Source of the DNA: Mesotaenium endlicherianum
Lineage: Eukaryota
Direction: 5' to 3'
DNA: 64,000 nucleotides
NCBI GenBank assembly: GCA_009602735.1
Contig: WELA01002734.1
Location: 1-64,000 of the forward strand
Each line of letters opens with the position of its first letter. Position 1 is the first letter of the stretch. Below are positions 60,344-64,000 of this stretch, one piece after another. The translations under genes and the position numbers were made by a program. The notes under the pieces were generated by a model. It had not been told where the DNA came from. It searched no databases and saw nothing but the letters and a program-made list of their open reading frames with translations.

Positions 60344-63300
60344 TTAGAAGTTAACGTTTACACCAAATCCAAACTCTCTTCTTTTCGGATATTTTCCGGT
60401 ATCATTTCCTGGCTGCAGGATATTGGTGGCACTGAACTCAGGATCATATCCCCTGTAATTGGTCCAGGTAAGCAGGTTGGTGCCATACGCATATACCGTC
60501 AATCCTTTCATGAATATTTTCTGCACGGCGTTGGGTAAAAACGTATAAGAGAGGCGCATGCTCGACAGGCGTATAAAAGATCCGTCTTCGATAAACAGGC
60601 TGTTGCCATCTGTTTTCTGGTTACCGCGGTTCTTGGCTTCCGGGTAGTAAGGATATTTTGCGATATCGCCTGGTTTCCTCCATGCATTATACACCATATC
60701 GGGACTACCCGCACCTGTGTTGGAAGGATAGCTTTGGTTGAACAACAATGCATTGTAAACATTGGAGCCAAAAGAAGCATTGATAAGGAACGAGAGCATG
60801 AATTGTTTGTAGGTAATGTTATTGAGGATACCCAGGTAGAATTTGGGTTGTGCATTGGCCAGTATCTGGCGGTCGCGGTCGTCGATCAGACTGTCTTTAT
60901 TGGTGTTTTGCCATATCGCATCACCGCCGCGCAATTTGCCCGAAGGATCGTATAAACTGTGTACATACCCGGTATAACGTTGTCCGTTGAATAGATAAAC
61001 CGGCGCCCCATTGTCGTACAAAGGCTTGCCGTCTTTATCGAGTACCAGCGTTAACTGATCCCAATTATCGTTATAAGCGTTTGATTCATTCCAGGCATAT
61101 ACACCCAGGTTTCTCCATCCGAAGAAATTACCGATCCTGCCACCTGGTTCTATGTACCATTTGTTGCCCACTACGAAAGGAGTACCGTCGCCCAGTTCTT
61201 TGATCCTGCCTCTTTCAAAAGAAATGTTTCCGCCTATTTCCCAGGTAACGCCTTTATTCCTGCTTTTTGCAACAATGGGCATTCCTTTTACAGAGAACTC
61301 AAGTCCCCTGTTTTCAAGTGTGCCCAGGTTCACTTTCACATTATCGAATCCTACTTCACCAGGCAGCGCTTTTTCATACAAAAGATCCTTTGTTGTTTTG
61401 ATATAATATTCTGCTGTAAACAATAACCTGCCGTGGAAGAAAGTGAGGTCTACACCGGCATTCTGCTGTATGGTTGTTTCCCAGTGTACTTGTTCATTAC
61501 CGAATGTGGGCGTGGTATAAGCGCCTCCTACACCGTTGTAGTTACCGGCAAAGATGATCTTGTTGAGATAATCATTCGAACCGATCTTATCATTACCTAC
61601 CTGGCCAATACCGATCCGGAACCTGCCATCAGAAAGTACATTGCGCGTCCAATTCATGAAAGGTTCGTCGGAGAAACGCCAGCCTGCAGAAGCCGAATAA
61701 AAATTACCCCATCTTGCTTCACTGCCAAACCTGGAAGAGCCATCACGCCGGTAGATGCCTGCCAATGTGTAACGGCCTTTATAGCTGTAGTTCAATCGCG
61801 TAAACAAACTTGCGCCGGCATTGACATCGGCATTGGTATTGGTTTTGGAAGCGGTGATATAAGAAGGATTGGTTACAAATATATCCTCGCTTACTACGTT
61901 GGCATATTCAGAGTGCGCCTGGTCGAAACGCCTGGTATCTGCATCGAAGCCCAATACGCCTTGCAGACTGTGCACGCCGCCAAATGTTTTATTATAGTTG
62001 AAAAATGCCTGGTACTCCCATGTGAATGTCTTTTGCATATCATTTGAACCACTGTTCTGGTCCCTGTTGGCCGAAAGGTAGCGGGGTGAGAAGCTAATGT
62101 TCTGCCGTTGATCCAACATTGCATTGAATGTTGTGGTGAACATGAGGTCTTTATTGAATTGGTATTGCAGCGAATTACTCAATTGGATGCCGAACACTTC
62201 CGTCTTATTTGTTTCCAGCAATGCGTTGGCTACGGGGTTTCGCTTGGAACCTACATAACTGGTAAGCGATCCGTCGGGATAATAGATCAATGAATAAGCG
62301 GGCCTGTCAAACGCAACGTTCACCGTTCTGCCTATGGGTATTTCATTTCCTTTTTGCCAGATGAAAGACATATTGCCTATGTATTTCAGTTTGGGGGAAG
62401 CCTGGTACTCCACATTGGTTCTTACCTGCATCCTTTTGATATAACTGTTGATGATGATCGACTTATCATCGAGATAATTCAATCCTGTATAAAAATTCAG
62501 TCCTTTTTGTCCGCCGCTCACACCCAGGTTGATCTGTTGCCTGTCTCCCAGGTTGCCCAGGAGCAATTGCTGCAAATCGTTATCGGAGTTGAATCCCGGG
62601 TTCAATGAATCGGTATTGCCACCGGTTGAGCCTGTAGGATTCGTGGATTGTATTCTTCTGAATTCGCGAACTTCTGCTGCATTGTTTTGTGGAAGTTTAT
62701 GCGCCAGTTTTCCAAAAATGCGGGAATAGCTCAGGTCGATCCTGGGCTTTCCTTCTTTTCCTTTTTTAGTAGTGATGATGATCACACCATTGGCGGCACG
62801 CGCACCATAAATGGCCGCAGAGGCCGCATCTTTCAACACTTCCACCCTTTCAATATCCATGGGGTTGATGGTGGATGCGTTGGGCGTGATCACACCGTCT
62901 ACCAGGTACAACGGGCCGTTGCCACCATTGAGTGTAGAGGCTCCACGTATTTGAATGGTACCTTCGGCACCAGGCGCTCCCCCGCCATCATTCACCACCA
63001 ATACACCTGCCGCTTGTCCTTGCAAGGCGTCGAACAGGTTCACGGGTTGTCTTTCTTCAATGTTCTTGGAGTTGATAGAAGAAATAGCGCCGGTTACATC
63101 TCTTTTCTTCTGGGTGCCATAACCCACCACCACTACTTCATCCAGGTCAGATGCGGAGGCCGTTAAGGAAGGGTTGATAACTGTTCTTCCATTGACGGGC
63201 TCTTCTTTACTTGAGTATCCCACATGAGAAAATACCAGCACATCCTTTGCCTCGGCGTTGATGGTGAATTTACCATCGGCGTTGGTAACGGTTGCTGACT

Positions 63301-63493
63301 GGGCTTTTCCTTTAACAGAAACTGTTGCACCGGATAAGGGTTCTCCTTTAGCATCTTTGAGGGTTCCGGTGATCTTGAGCGCTTGTGCATGTGCCCAACT
63401 AAAAGAGAGTAATAGTGCAATTAGTAATAAAGGCCGCGTCTTGTATTTTGCACCGGACACAATAAGACGCCGGATGATCGTTGTTTTCATCAT
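60344..63493 (-). CDS. susC: SusC/RagA TonB-dependent transporter
   Basis: LDEVVVVGYGT, PLYLVDG, LKDAASAAIYGARAANGVIIITTKKG, RRDGSSRF; C-terminal F. Confidence 0.97.
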   Translation of the reverse strand: MMKTTIIRRLIVSGAKYKTRPLLLIALLLSFSWAHAQALKITGTLKDAKGEPLSGATVSVKGKAQSATVTNADGKFTINAEAKDVLVFSHVGYSSKEEPVNGRTVINPSLTASASDLDEVVVVGYGTQKKRDVTGAISSINSKNIEERQPVNLFDALQGQAAGVLVVNDGGGAPGAEGTIQIRGASTLNGGNGPLYLVDGVITPNASTINPMDIERVEVLKDAASAAIYGARAANGVIIITTKKGKEGKPRIDLSYSRIFGKLAHKLPQNNAAEVREFRRIQSTNPTGSTGGNTDSLNPGFNSDNDLQQLLLGNLGDRQQINLGVSGGQKGLNFYTGLNYLDDKSIIINSYIKRMQVRTNVEYQASPKLKYIGNMSFIWQKGNEIPIGRTVNVAFDRPAYSLIYYPDGSLTSYVGSKRNPVANALLETNKTEVFGIQLSNSLQYQFNKDLMFTTTFNAMLDQRQNISFSPRYLSANRDQNSGSNDMQKTFTWEYQAFFNYNKTFGGVHSLQGVLGFDADTRRFDQAHSEYANVVSEDIFVTNPSYITASKTNTNADVNAGASLFTRLNYSYKGRYTLAGIYRRDGSSRFGSEARWGNFYSASAGWRFSDEPFMNWTRNVLSDGRFRIGIGQVGNDKIGSNDYLNKIIFAGNYNGVGGAYTTPTFGNEQVHWETTIQQNAGVDLTFFHGRLLFTAEYYIKTTKDLLYEKALPGEVGFDNVKVNLGTLENRGLEFSVKGMPIVAKSRNKGVTWEIGGNISFERGRIKELGDGTPFVVGNKWYIEPGGRIGNFFGWRNLGVYAWNESNAYNDNWDQLTLVLDKDGKPLYDNGAPVYLFNGQRYTGYVHSLYDPSGKLRGGDAIWQNTNKDSLIDDRDRQILANAQPKFYLGILNNITYKQFMLSFLINASFGSNVYNALLFNQSYPSNTGAGSPDMVYNAWRKPGDIAKYPYYPEAKNRGNQKTDGNSLFIEDGSFIRLSSMRLSYTFLPNAVQKIFMKGLTVYAYGTNLLTWTNYRGYDPEFSATNILQPGNDTGKYPKRREFGFGVNVNF

Positions 63494-63652
63494 AGCAGGC
63501 AGTTTTGGTTTCGCAATTAGCTTAGTGGTGCAAGTAAGTTTTTTTAAATCGCGGCCCTGCCTGCTTTGTTTACATAGTAGTAAACTATTTTAACCTCATT
63601 TTAAGGTGTGTTTTGAAATAATTGGCATATCGAGTTTAATTTTTTGCCAGTA

Positions 63653-64000
63653 TTATTGTAATCCCCTGCTGATGCCCATTTCCAGGCCCCTCAATTCTGC
63701 CATACCGCGCAACCGGCCGATGGCTGAATAACCGGGATTGGTTTTCTTCTTGAGGTCATCGAGCATCTGGTGGCCATGATCAGAACGCATGTAAATGGCT
63801 TTGTTCCTGCGGCGCATGATGTGTACGATTTCTTTTACCACTCCGTACATGTCTACATCGCCTTCGAGGTGATTGTCTTCATAAAAATCGCCCAGCCCGT
63901 TTCGTTTGGTAGCACGGAGGTGTACAAAGTTGATCTTGTTGCCGAATTGTTTGAGCATAGCTACGAGATCATTGTCTGCCCGCACACCAAAAGAACCTGT
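63653..64000 (-). CDS. uxuA: Mannonate dehydratase, C-terminal part (5' end beyond the window)
   Basis: [41 protein letters not shown]. Confidence 0.92.
   Translation of the reverse strand, partial: TGSFGVRADNDLVAMLKQFGNKINFVHLRATKRNGLGDFYEDNHLEGDVDMYGVVKEIVHIMRRRNKAIYMRSDHGHQMLDDLKKKTNPGYSAIGRLRGMAELRGLEMGISRGLQ

Noticed and set aside
63610..63627. Fourth copy of the 18-bp operator upstream of susC
   Set aside because: Only about 8 of 18 positions match, so it cannot be distinguished from chance

Overview
This is a Bacteroidota chromosome segment. Gene content and TAnnTTTG promoters suggest Chitinophagaceae, though that is an inference. It has three blocks. (1) 1 to ~11,467 is the AT-richer right end of a conjugative element (ICE). 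It carries three TraI/VirB5-like paralogs, a frameshifted GyrI-like cargo gene, traJ-traK-traL(?)-traM-traN, two proteins built from a thrice-repeated unknown module, a wHTH regulator, an unannotated 46-aa ORF and a large serine recombinase. The element abuts the 3' end of tRNA-Leu(CAG) (11468-11551, minus strand), and the recombinase ORF reads straight through the antisense of the tRNA. (2) ~11,600-29,700 is housekeeping: terpene-synthase-fold protein, LuxE-like, UbiA-like, M42 peptidase, GATase, cmk, paiB, mrp, hbd, ydcF, yigZ, eamA, ribD, prmC, exbBD and SPFH. It also holds a candidate ~180-nt structured sRNA and dispersed 7/8-mer palindromic repeats. (3) ~29,700-64,000 is a sugar catabolism island: uxaA-lutABC, AraC, GH36, a six-hairpin glycosidase, a beta-helix protein, GH105, a PQQ-type dehydrogenase with cytochrome c, and GH29. 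It ends in a SusC/SusD PUL (FAS1 lipoprotein, GH95, GH31, PL38-like lyase, GH29-GH88 fusion) followed by a truncated uxuA. An 18-bp motif recurs upstream of three CAZyme genes. No CRISPR array, rRNA or IS was seen. All family assignments come from motif recognition by eye, not from database searches.
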